Shown here: in pieces, positions 53,300 through 64,000 of the stretch
How the letters are laid out: each line of letters starts with the position of its first letter
Position numbering within the stretch: the stretch's first letter is position 1
Assembly: GCA_016748015.1 (NCBI GenBank)
Contig: JAAOMT010000239.1
Coordinates: 158,356-222,355 of the forward strand
Length of the DNA: 64,000 nucleotides
Direction: 5' to 3'
Origin: Geosiphon pyriformis uo1
Lineage: Eukaryota > Fungi > Glomeromycota
The notes under the pieces: model-generated
What the model was told of the DNA's origin: nothing
Seen by the model: the letters and a program-made list of their open reading frames with translations, nothing else
The model's database searches: none
Made by a program: the position numbers and the translations under genes

Positions 53300-55303
53300 T
53301 CATTTATCATCTTTTTTAGTTGACAAAGACGGTGAAGATATTGATGAAGAATAATCCCCTAGAGCTGCAGTTGATGTTGACCCACCATCACCAGCTGTCT
53401 TAACATTTTCTTTTTTTTGTCGTTTTACTGGAGGTTTCTTTTGACTCTTGTCTGTCTTCGTTAGCCTTTTTTTTCCTTTCATCATTTGACTTGCTTCGCT
53501 CTCTATAAGATTTGGTTCAGTATTTGGGGCTGTGGTACTAATTTCAGGAGGCATAATTATGGTTTCCATTTTGAGATCAGCTTTTTTTAATTTCAGTCGC
53601 TCTGATCGTCTTGTTCCACGTAGCGGGGGATCTGATAAAGTAGTATCATTGGCACCGGTAGCGGGTGGTGAGCCAGGCTTGCGCGATTTTTTGGTTGTTT
53701 TTTCTAATTGTGAGTCAGAAATTTTGATTGTTGGTCGTACAAACTTTTTCTTCAAAGCTGGTGCGGCTTTTTCTTTTTCTTTTCCTTTTCCTTTTCTTCG
53801 CTTTGATGCTGGACTTGAAATTTTTTGATGTTCATACTCTCTTTGATTTATTTCTTCTCGATTATTCAGAGAATAGCCTTCTTTTTGTTGTGTGGAACTC
53901 CCAGCAGTAGCTTTTAAATTTGCTAATCGTAATGATTGATCAGCAAAGATTGCGGCTTTATATTCGGTCAAATTCTTAGGTTGACTTGATTTTGTACTTA
54001 TCGCACTTGAATTTAATTCTGTATTATGAGGTGATAATGAATTGTCCCGATGCCTTTCGATATTTTCTGCGCTATGTTCAGGCTGTTTGCCTTTTTCATT
54101 GTATTTATTTTGCGCTCTTCCATCAGCAAATTCTTCATATTCATCATGCAACACCAGATGGTCTTCCGCATCATCATATAGTCCTTGTAACCAATAGCGA
54201 TCAAGGAGTAACTTTTCTGTCCTACTTGCTCTGTTAGATGGATTCTCATTAGCTGTTGTGTCATCCGCATCGAATTCGCTCAAAGGAAAAGGTTCATCAC
54301 CAAAATTTAGATCTTTGCGAAGTGAAAGAGGTTGAATTTCTGTTTGACTTGTTGAACCTTCTGCAAAATTACTTCCAGCCGATGGGTCAAATAAATTGAA
54401 ATTTGAAGTTGCAGGAAACTCTGATGTAATGTCATAGCCACCCGAATTAGCCCCACTAACCGGATCAGACTCTCTCCTAAGCTGTTGATTAATTAAAGCC
54501 GCGGAATTGAATGTTTTGTTTCTCACCAATCCGACCAAAAATTTTGCCCACCTTTCACGTAGCGGTTTCATCTGATCTTTTATTTCCCAATCTGGTAAAA
54601 TTTCCTCCCCACCATTAATAATTTGTACCAATGATTCAAAATTCTGATCTATTCCGTGTTCTTTTGCAAGTGATGCAAATGTTGAGTGCCAGTAAGGATA
54701 CAAAGTTGCAAACTCGATTTGTACTTCACGAAGAAACACATGTACAGTTTCTTCGTCAATGTGGTTAAGATTTAGCAGGAATTTTCTCATCTTTTCGGTG
54801 GTGTCATTTTGCAATAATTGCTCAACAAAGGTTTTATCCTGGGTTTTGATTGTGTTTGCAAGACTTTTTAAGTTTGCTGCGATAGTCTAAAAAGTTCGAA
54901 TTTTGAGATTAATTCGTATTAAAATTTTTTATCATTGATTGATCAAACTAAATGCGTTCAACAATTAGACATTTACCTTTGCATCGCGTTTAAAACCGGG
55001 TAAAATTCCGATCAAATCTGATAATTCCCCACCCGAAAGCGACATCTTTTCAGCGCTAGCACAACTGTCATGTGTCAAGAACTTTTCTCTCATTATATTC
55101 AAAAACTCTTCCTCTTGAACATAAGTTAATTCATATCTTGTTTTGTTGTAAAGATATGCACAGACCAGCCAACGAAAGAAAGTGTTGTTTCTATTGACGT
55201 CGGATGTCAAATCAAAATTTAAACGTTTAGAGATGATCAAGCCGTAATTTTCAAGAATTATCCCAATTTTTTGGCGTGACCCTAGTAAATTGGATGCAGA
55301 CAT
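53300..55303 (-). CDS. 637-aa protein: N-terminal HhH-GPD-superfamily-like helical domain plus a long disordered, NLS-rich tail
   Basis: A GT-AG intron at 54976-54887 joins ORFs 54965..55303 and 53300..54814 in frame. Motifs FRWLVCAYL, GFKRDAKTIAANL, VFLREVQ..LYPY and FLVGLVR. Basic clusters PASKRRKGK and KKPPVKRQKK. The gene is well supported; the domain call is from recalled motifs. Confidence 0.75.
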
Positions 55304-56949
55304 TTTTTGTAATCGGTGAGAAGATGGAGGTAACTAATTAGAAAAGAAATTATAAATATAAAATGAAAACGTAGTGAAGAAGGAAAAAGATAAAAATAAA
55401 AGCGTCTTTGTAGTTTTAAATGCAACAAATTTCCACAAAAAAATAAATTATCAGCTTTTATATTTCAAGAATGTATTATCATCAGGACTTTTTTTAACTC
55501 ATCACTACATCGTGTATATACAGAAAAGTACTTTTAAATACACCAAATTCTAGAAACTGATACATAGAATGGAGAATTCTTCAACTCCTTGACCTTTGTT
55601 CAATTGAATTATTCCAAGGTTATGGTATTATTATTATTATTATTATTATTAATTTTTGAATATTTTATTTCGAGGTCCTGAATATGATAAGAGTATTCAA
55701 ATTCGCAATAAAAATTCCCAAAATATCTGATATTATGATCAAAATTAATCAATTCTGGTTTACATATTTTTTATACATATAAACATCTAATGTGAATTAT
55801 ATGTATTTTGTGACCTAGTTGCAATTGTATGTACTGTATTATCACGATCACATACATGGTATTGTAAATTAAGGTAGCATGATAATTTTTGAAATAATTC
55901 GACAATACATTAAAAGACCGATAATAAAATGTAAATGTTCCCTTGAAACTATGGTAATCTTTAATGAAATAATTTAAAAGTCAACAGGGACGAAGAAACT
56001 ATAAGGAACCTTTAAAGTAAATTTCAATATTATTATATATCTTATATAATTATTCAAGAATTTTTGTATCATAATTCAAATTTAGCTACACATAAAACAA
56101 TTATTTGAGCTATGCTGCAATACAACCAGAGAAAGTGAAAATTACCTACAAATAATTCCAAGGATCAGAATTGTTACAACGAATATTGTGTCTGCAAAAT
56201 TAAATCTTTGAGCGTTTTATTTTTTTTGCTTTTGTTCATAATTCTTTGAACTCTAAAATAAATTCTGTAATTTTATTAAGTGCCTGATAATTAGATTTTG
56301 CAAAAAAAAAATCCTAATTTAACTTATAATGAAATAAATCAGTTTGTTTTTTGTTAATTGTTATTCTTTCAAATTGTAAAAAAAAGTTGTTTATTTTTAG
56401 CAACCTAGAAGTGATTTAATTCAGTTTTATTTTCAAATTTTTGCCTTTGTCTTTTTATTATAATAATTAAATGAAAGCATAAATAATTTTTATTGTTATT
56501 GTTTTGATATAACAGTTTATATTTTTTATCAAAATAAGATTAAAATAAAAATAATTTTTATACTTGATTCTTTAAAAGAATAAATATACAAAACTATTGA
56601 TAAAATCAGACCTCTGTATAATAAAAAAGTTTAGTCACTAATTTTTTATTATGACAAAAAATTTTGGTAAAAAAAAGCATAACACTTTTAATGTATAGTA
56701 TTTCAAATTATTTTTTCACGTTCAATTCTCAAAACAAATTTTAGTGTTCAATTCTTTTGTGAGCCACTCTATGTAATCCTATCTATATTTTATCACCTTG
56801 TAAGTTTTCGTTCCAACAATAAGTTCATTAAATATCAATATAATCTGCTAAAAATTTTATTTTATTAATATTTACACATTTATTTCTGTTATGTATAAAT
56901 CATGTTATATGAAGAAAGATAAAATTAATGATATCTGATGTGAGAAATG

Positions 56950-58280
56950 ATATCAAGGCTCATAATAGGAAATGATCGAGCGTCATGCACGTTTAAAACA
57001 AGGTTTATCGGGAAGAAATAATTGCTGCACCAACACACTCATTAATAAAGTTTTCCCCCGTGCATATAGTAGGTTAATAAATGAGAAAGAGCACGTGGGA
57101 TTTTTACACTCATTCTTAGATTCACTGATCTAGAAAAAATTAATTTGTTCATATAATCAGCAATGGATTCCATGCAGCTTTTGTCTTCTTCATATGCAAG
57201 TGGGTCGAAATTCTGGCAATTGAATATATAGCAATGAGTACGGAGTGCCTTTTTCCTATAATCCCGCATTCGAAGAAAGACTCCTTTGGGAGTTTACTTC
57301 TGTTTCCAATTCTTGATTTGAATCAGTGAGATGTTGAATCAAGTGATACAGGGCTAGATCCATTCCAACATAACAAAACTGGAAATATCAAGCCAACTAC
57401 TGCTTGGTTACGTTTACAAATCATATATGAATAAACTTCTCAATTCCATCTGAGCTCGGTGGAATGAAGTTTGTAAATACTCAGCAAACTTTTCGGGGGA
57501 GGTCTCGAATATTATTATTATAATTGTTCTGTTCAAAAAGTGATATCAAAAAATCCTTGGCTGCGAAACAAATTCTACGAATCCCAAGTTTTCCAAGTGT
57601 GATAGTGAAAAAATGTTCGGAAAATTACTCAGCTTTTTATTCGATCCCCATCTACTTTTAATGATCGCTTTGGACTAGGCTATTGCGAGTAAAGGAATAT
57701 CAGATGGGTAATCGGTGTCGATCCTCTGAAACGTGAGCGCATATCTCCATGAATCCTGCAACTAATTCCAGACTCAATTATGACATCAAGTGAGATACGA
57801 AAAGACAATGTTGCAAGGACAGAATGTGAAGTTGGATCTCTTCGTTCACCTATAAGTTGTTGCTCCGCTAAACTTTGAAGGTTTTCGATGTAAGGGTCGT
57901 TGCTCAAAGCCGCCCCATAAAGAAAGAACAATTCTTTCAACTTTGATAGTCGATTCGAGCTTGAGTATTGTTTTTGCAAAAATAAAATAACGGGAAAATT
58001 TTATTGATATATAATTGAGGGGAAGGGCCCTGAGATGCTGATGATGCAAATTTAGGATATATATTAAATAAATACATAAACTTACCAAAGGAAGCCCCAG
58101 CTATTGATAAATATATATGGTCCCGATAGCAGCACAAGTTAGATCTATGGGTAATCGATAACGAGATGGAAACTCATTACTACACTTTATTGAATTAACT
58201 TTCCAACTATCCTGCCAATAAACCTGCGTTAATTGCCTACCTTTTGTGTTTTGAGATATTCCTATTTATTTCTTCTTCAG
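56950..58280 (-). pseudogene. Heavily decayed gene, probably the C-terminal part of a Crinkler-type NTPase/nuclease family protein
   Basis: Frameshifted pieces LPIDL, LGLPL, LATLSFRISLDV, ELVAGFMEICAHVSEDR and YPSDIPLLAIA occur in the order recalled for fungal proteins carrying GRPLW / LVAxxM..VSxDR / YPSEPxLA. Confidence 0.5.
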
Positions 58281-60575
58281 AATGTTATTTATGGAAAGAG
58301 TAAAACAAAAGACTTTGATTATGTATCAATAAAACAGATTGTGTTTATTGAGATTGTTAATAGCGTTAATTTTTAATGGTGATGTAAGGTTTGATGAAAT
58401 GCTAGTGTTACTATGCGCTAAATATTGATTTTTAAAAATGAGACCTTAGCTAGTTTATTAATAATTTAGTTAAGTAAAAATATATTTGATTTAAAGTTGA
58501 TTTTTTTATTAGTATATGTTATAATCCCAATTAGCTTAATCAATTAATAAGATTAAACATAATTTAAGTTTTTAATTAATTCATCTTATCTTGAATATAT
58601 TGATAATATTTTTGATATAAAGGAACTTAATTGTTGAATACATTACTTATTAGTCAAATTTTTCTAAAATAAATTGCACACCACAATTGTTTAATTTTAA
58701 ACCTTTTTGTTCATTTTAAATTGAGCATTTTTGTAACAAAACGTTAAAAATGATATTTGAATTGAAAAACTCAACTTTTTAAAAATGTATTAAACTAACT
58801 TATGTTTTTAAAATAATTGTTCCATATTATTCTAAAAGTGGCTTAAAAATTTCGAAGAATCAAAAACATGTAATTTTTGATAATTAATAATAATACAAAG
58901 GTTGTTGTAAAAATGCGAATTTTTTATTTTTGGGGAAGTTTTGTTTTTTTTATTAATTTCTTAAAAACAATAAACACAAAGATAATTAAATAACAAATAC
59001 AGAATATCTTACAATACAAAATAATAATTGACTTTCCTAAAATAAATATTTTCATTCTCAAAATGGTTAATAATGGATATTAAAGTTCTATAAAAAATAT
59101 TTATTTATTTATAATATAAAATCCAACGGTTTTGAAGCACCAGTCAAACTAAATTTAACTTAAGTGTATTTATGAACAATCGACTTGAAAAAATATAATA
59201 TTTAAAAGATTAATTGTTATATATTTGCTTTATTATGAAACTGCAATCTAATAAAAAATACATAATAGAGGTACAATATAAACGATACTTAATCTATCAA
59301 GTTGACAAAAAAAGATTTTATAGAAAATATTTATAATAAAACTTTTTTGGGCGAATTTTTATCTGAAAAAAGGTTTCACAAATAACTTGCTGAAATATTC
59401 GAAAAACTAGCCTAAGTTGAATAAAATCTAAGAGGAAATATGGAATTTTACAATTTCAAATAAAAAACTTTGAAATTATATTAAATTATAATTTAATCCA
59501 TTATAAGTAAAATTACATTTTAATTCTTAAATTTAACAAATCAATTTTACATTAAGAAAGTAATATTGAAACAAAGTTTTAATTTTTTAGCTCATATATA
59601 TGCTTTTAACTTTTAATAAATAAATTTAATTTATACATCTAATTGTTGAATTTAGTTATAATGATTAAATTCAAATTTTTGTAATATCCATTTTTTTCTA
59701 ACATTAAATTTTAAATTTAGTATTGAAATTAAAAATTAAGATTTTAATTTTTGACCATAATAAAGTTTTATGGTTATTTTTTTGCAAATTCATTCACAGT
59801 TTAATTACAAATTTTTTTGAGAAAAGCTATTTATAAGCTTAATATTTTATTTTCAATCAAGTAATAAAGACAAAAATTTTAGCTTGGCTGGCAAATTAAT
59901 TTGAATTTCTTTTCAAAGTATATTTTGAAAAAGTGTAATTGAAATATATATTAATTTGATTTGATTTCAGCATTTACATTGAATGAATTTAAAATGCTTT
60001 CTTAATGCTAAGATTTGGGATTTTCGCAAAAATATTTTGATATTTGAATTCGAACAAAATGAAGCGATCTTATATATATGTTTAACTTGTTTTATTTTCA
60101 ATATTAACTTTTTATTAATATTTTTTACTAAAACTATAAATCTTATAGTTTTTAAAATTTAAAATGAGCAACAAAATATTTTATTTTAAAATTTAATTGA
60201 AAAATTAGTTTCATTACATTAATTTTTAACTTTAATAAAAAATAATAAATCTGGTTTCAATCAGTGCTTTTAGAATTTAATAACAAGTGGTATTTATTTA
60301 GTAATTGTTTTTTTAAAAAAATTACAAAAAGAAGTCTTTTAATTTTTCAGGTTTATTTTAATAAACACAATCAAGAATAAAAATAAAACTATCTTATTTA
60401 ATTTAATAATTTTTTTATAGCTATGAAAGTTTTTTATACATTTAATAAAAAAAATTAATATACCATCCAAGGTTATATTGTGCAGTGTAATTTCCCGCCC
60501 TCCGCTGTTTTTAAATAGAATTCAAATGTTTCTTCTGGATTTTTGACTGTTCCCCATCCATTTTGTTAATACATT

Positions 60576-62597
60576 CTAATATTGATTTTTAAACTCGTTT
60601 TTCCTCATTTTCGTCATTCTCCGTCCATTAGCATAGCACCATCCAAGATCGTGTTGTGCTTTTGTATTACCCGCCTCTGCTGCTTTTGAATAGAATTCAA
60701 ATGCTTTTTCTAAATCTTTCGTCGTTCCCTGTCCTTGATCATAACACCATCCAAGATTGTATTGTGCATTTGCATTACCCGCCTCTGCTGCTTTTGAATA
60801 GAATTCAAACGCTTTTTTTTCATTTTTCCTTGTTCCCCATCCATTTCGATAATAATTTCCAAGATTATATTGTGCCATTGTATTACCTGCCTCTGCTGCT
60901 TTTGAATAGAGTTCAATTGCTTTCTTCTGATTTTTCCACGTTCCTTGTCCATTATCATAAAACCATCCAAGATCGTATTGTGCGTTTTTATACCCCGCAT
61001 CTGCTGCTTTTGAATAGAATTCGAATGCTTTTTCTAAATTTTTCGTCGCTCCCAATCCATTTTGATAACACAATCCAAGATTGTATTGTGCATTTGTATT
61101 ACCCGCCTCTGCTGCTTTTGAATAGAATTCAAATGCTTTTTCTAAATTTTTCGTCGTTCCCCATCCATTATCATAACACAATCCAAGCTGGTATTGTGCA
61201 TTTGTGTTACCCGCCTTTGCTGCTTTTGAATAGAATTCAAATGCTTTTTCTAAATTTTTCGTCGTTCCACGTCCATTCTCATAACACCATCCAAGATTGT
61301 AATGTGCATTTGTATGTCCTGCTTCTGCTACTTTTGAATAGAATTCAAATGCTTTTTCTAAATTTTTCGTCGTTCCCCATCCATTATCATAACACCATCC
61401 AAGCTTGTATTGCGCATTTGTGTTACCCGCCTCTGCTGCTTTTGAATAGAATTCAAATGGTTTTTCTAAATTTTTCGTCGTTCCACGTCCATTCTCATAA
61501 CACCATCCAAGATTGTATTGTGCATTTGTATGTCCTGCCTCTGCTGCTTTTGAATAGAATTCAAATGCTTTTTCTAAATTTTTCGTCGTTCCCCATCCAT
61601 TATCATAACACAATCCAAGCTTGTATTGTGTATTTGTATTACCCGCCTCTGCTGCTATTGAATAGAGCTCGAATGCTTTTTCTGAAATTTTCCTCGTTCC
61701 CCATCTATTATCATAACACCATCCAAGATTGTATTGTGCATTTGTATGTCCTGCCTCTGCTGCTTTTGAATAGAATTCGAATGCTTTTTCTAAATTTTTC
61801 GTCGTTACCAATCCATTTTGATAATACAATCCAAGATTATATTGCGCCATTGTATTACCCACCTTTGCTGCTTTTGAATAGGATTCAAATGCTTTTGCTA
61901 AATTTTTCGTCGTTCCCCATCCATTTTGAAAACAAAGTCCAAGATTGTATCGTGCATTTGTATTACCCGCCTCTGCTGCTTTTGAAAATAATTCAAATGC
62001 TTTTTCTAAATTTTTCTTTGTTCCCGATCCCTTTAGATAACATGTTGCAAGATTGTAGTATGCATTTGTATTACCAGCCTCTGCTACTTTTGAATAAAGT
62101 TCAAATGCTTTTGTTGAATTTTTCGTCGTTCCTAATCCATTTTCATAACAAAATCCAAGATTGAATTGTGCAATTGTATATCCTGCCTCTGCTGCTTTTG
62201 AATAGAGCTGGAATGCTTTTCCTTGATCTTGTAAAGTACCAATTCCATTATCATAACAACGTCCTAAGAAGAATTGTCCGAAAGAATCTTTTGCTTTCGC
62301 TGCTTTCTGGAATCTTTGAAAGGCTTTTGTTAAATTAGGAATAGTTCCAATCCCATGTTCAAAAGAAAAGCCGAGCAAAATATTGTCTATCGAACGCTTT
62401 AAACTTTTATTCTTCAAACAATCGAATAAATCTTCAGGTGTTTTCTGATTGTGCTCAAGGTATATTTTCACCAAGTCGGCAACTTTTGAATATTCGCTAG
62501 CTGGAAAAATGTCCAAATTTTTTTTGATGACAATTAATGCTCCTTCAAGCCAGTCGATGGGTGAAATTGCAATTTCAATTGATGAAGTTGAAGACAT
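60576..62597 (-). CDS. Sel1-like repeat (SLR/HCP-like) protein, about 16 repeats plus a partial one
   Basis: 36-aa units of consensus NTNAQYNLGxCYxNGxGTTKNLEKAFEFYSKAAEAG; intronless; no signal peptide or kinase domain. Confidence 0.95.
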   Translation of the reverse strand: MSSTSSIEIAISPIDWLEGALIVIKKNLDIFPASEYSKVADLVKIYLEHNQKTPEDLFDCLKNKSLKRSIDNILLGFSFEHGIGTIPNLTKAFQRFQKAAKAKDSFGQFFLGRCYDNGIGTLQDQGKAFQLYSKAAEAGYTIAQFNLGFCYENGLGTTKNSTKAFELYSKVAEAGNTNAYYNLATCYLKGSGTKKNLEKAFELFSKAAEAGNTNARYNLGLCFQNGWGTTKNLAKAFESYSKAAKVGNTMAQYNLGLYYQNGLVTTKNLEKAFEFYSKAAEAGHTNAQYNLGWCYDNRWGTRKISEKAFELYSIAAEAGNTNTQYKLGLCYDNGWGTTKNLEKAFEFYSKAAEAGHTNAQYNLGWCYENGRGTTKNLEKPFEFYSKAAEAGNTNAQYKLGWCYDNGWGTTKNLEKAFEFYSKVAEAGHTNAHYNLGWCYENGRGTTKNLEKAFEFYSKAAKAGNTNAQYQLGLCYDNGWGTTKNLEKAFEFYSKAAEAGNTNAQYNLGLCYQNGLGATKNLEKAFEFYSKAADAGYKNAQYDLGWFYDNGQGTWKNQKKAIELYSKAAEAGNTMAQYNLGNYYRNGWGTRKNEKKAFEFYSKAAEAGNANAQYNLGWCYDQGQGTTKDLEKAFEFYSKAAEAGNTKAQHDLGWCYANGRRMTKMRKNEFKNQY
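60640..62290 (-). repeat. 108-bp coding tandem repeat array (Sel1 units)
   Basis: Near-identical units such as gcctctgctgcttttgaatagaattcaaatgctttttctaaatttttcgtcgttc recur every 108 nt. Confidence 0.95.
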
Positions 62598-64000
62598 GAT
62601 TTGTATATTTTTTATGGGTGAAGAAGGATTTTAAAGAGTTCGTCTTGCTAATAAATAAGGATTTCAATCTATAATCTTGAAGAAATCTGAAAGGCTAACT
62701 ATGCTTGTCATGTAAACTTAAAGTTGAGTTACATCATGATTGATTTTGATAAATTTTTTGAATAGATAATCTAGTGCTAAGGTTGCAGATGGTCTAGCCG
62801 CTTCTTTTAACCGCAATGAGAACTTTAATAGCTAGTTTAATATTTGATATTCAACCCAAAATCTGTAATGCTTTAATTGTCATCTATTTTGGGCGTCTTT
62901 CACTTGGCAAATAATTTATCTGAAATCTTCTCACGCCTTTGTCTTAAATCCAGTATAATAATTGATGTATTCGGCATTACTTTGGAGAATAAAAATATTT
63001 TGGTTCTCATGAAAAAAATTGAGTATATTGAAATGTATTATTATATAAGTTCTGGAATGTGAAAAGATCTCGTTTTTGCTACCTTTTCTGTGAGCTCTTG
63101 TCTTTATGTGAACTTTTAAGTCAAACCATTTTTAAATAAAAAATTACCTCACCTGATTGTGTTATCATAGGTTTTAGGAGAGAATCGGAATGATAAATAA
63201 AGTTATATGAGAGATTAATGATTTACAAAAGGAGTTGTTACGAAGCAAAATTTATCAAAGACCGAGGTATATTAAAGGATTCAGAACAAGTTTCGTGAAC
63301 CTATAAAATACCATATATAATATTTAAATGAAGTCGAATCAATTAATAATAATACTGAGAATCTTATTCAATCAAATAATTTGTGTTCAAACCACTTTGG
63401 TAAACACTAATTCAAGGTCTATTAGCAAACCTTTTTTATGAACTTTAAAAGATACTTGCCTAATTAATATTTAATTTTCTTAAAAAACCAGATTTTTATG
63501 AATTTTCAAATAAAACTTTATTTAATGTAGCTTACAATAGCTTACTTCCAAAATTCTTATAATTCTGAAATAAACTATAAATTGGCAATAACTTTTATTA
63601 ATAAAAAAAAATACAAAAAGATATTAAACAAATAAAAAAGCTTAATGTATTGCATATATTTTGGAAATAGTCAATAACAACTTTTTAGATTAAATTAAAA
63701 TATATTATAAATTAGCAAGTCATTAATGTTTATAAAAAACAGATTTAATAATTAGAATAAATAAAAATTTAACTTGACTAAAAATGTATTATGCTTTATA
63801 GCAACCAAAAATATTTAAAATATTATGCTTTTAACAAATACTTTATTAACAATAATTTAAAGTACACAAAATTAATACTTTATATATAATTTGAAATATT
63901 CTAAAAAAAGTTGTTAAAGTGTTAACCAAAAATCACTTTTAAAATCACTTTTAAGATTTTACTAAAGCAATAATGTAAATTGCTTTCAGATTATCTTTAA

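Noticed and set aside
60656-62164. 502-aa plus-strand ORF (and the 96-aa ORF 60710..61000)
   Set aside because: Antisense or alternative-frame shadows of the 108-bp Sel1 repeat; a stop-free unit is simply propagated.
60640-62290. Regular direct repeats that might suggest a CRISPR or TALE array
   Set aside because: No unique spacers; the units are in-frame 36-aa Sel1 repeats in a eukaryotic gene and lack the TALE consensus.

Overview
Very AT-rich, intron-containing eukaryotic DNA. Gene content (expanded TKL-type kinases with HRDLHSGN, a long Sel1-repeat protein, short GT-AG introns) points to a Glomeromycotina-like (arbuscular mycorrhizal lineage) fungus; this taxonomy is inferred. The window holds a 5'-truncated DHA1-type MFS transporter, three paralogous Myb/SANT-repeat genes with mitochondrial-presequence-like N-termini, and a birth-and-death cluster of TKL kinases (3 intact, 5 relics). 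It also holds a disrupted cytochrome P450 containing an exact 19-bp Tn5/Nextera mosaic end (assembly artefact), a UPF0045/Ecm15-like gene with a GC-AG intron, a Vma12/TMEM199 homologue, and an S/T-rich single-pass membrane protein. Near the end lie a 637-aa protein with an HhH-GPD-like domain of apparent bacterial affinity, a decayed probable Crinkler-type NTPase/nuclease gene, and a ~16-repeat Sel1 protein with near-identical DNA repeats. Best novelty candidates: the putative mitochondrial Myb family, the HhH-GPD-like protein, the variable-site Sel1 array, and C:G>T:A-biased decay of duplicated kinases. Exon structures were derived by hand and no databases were searched.
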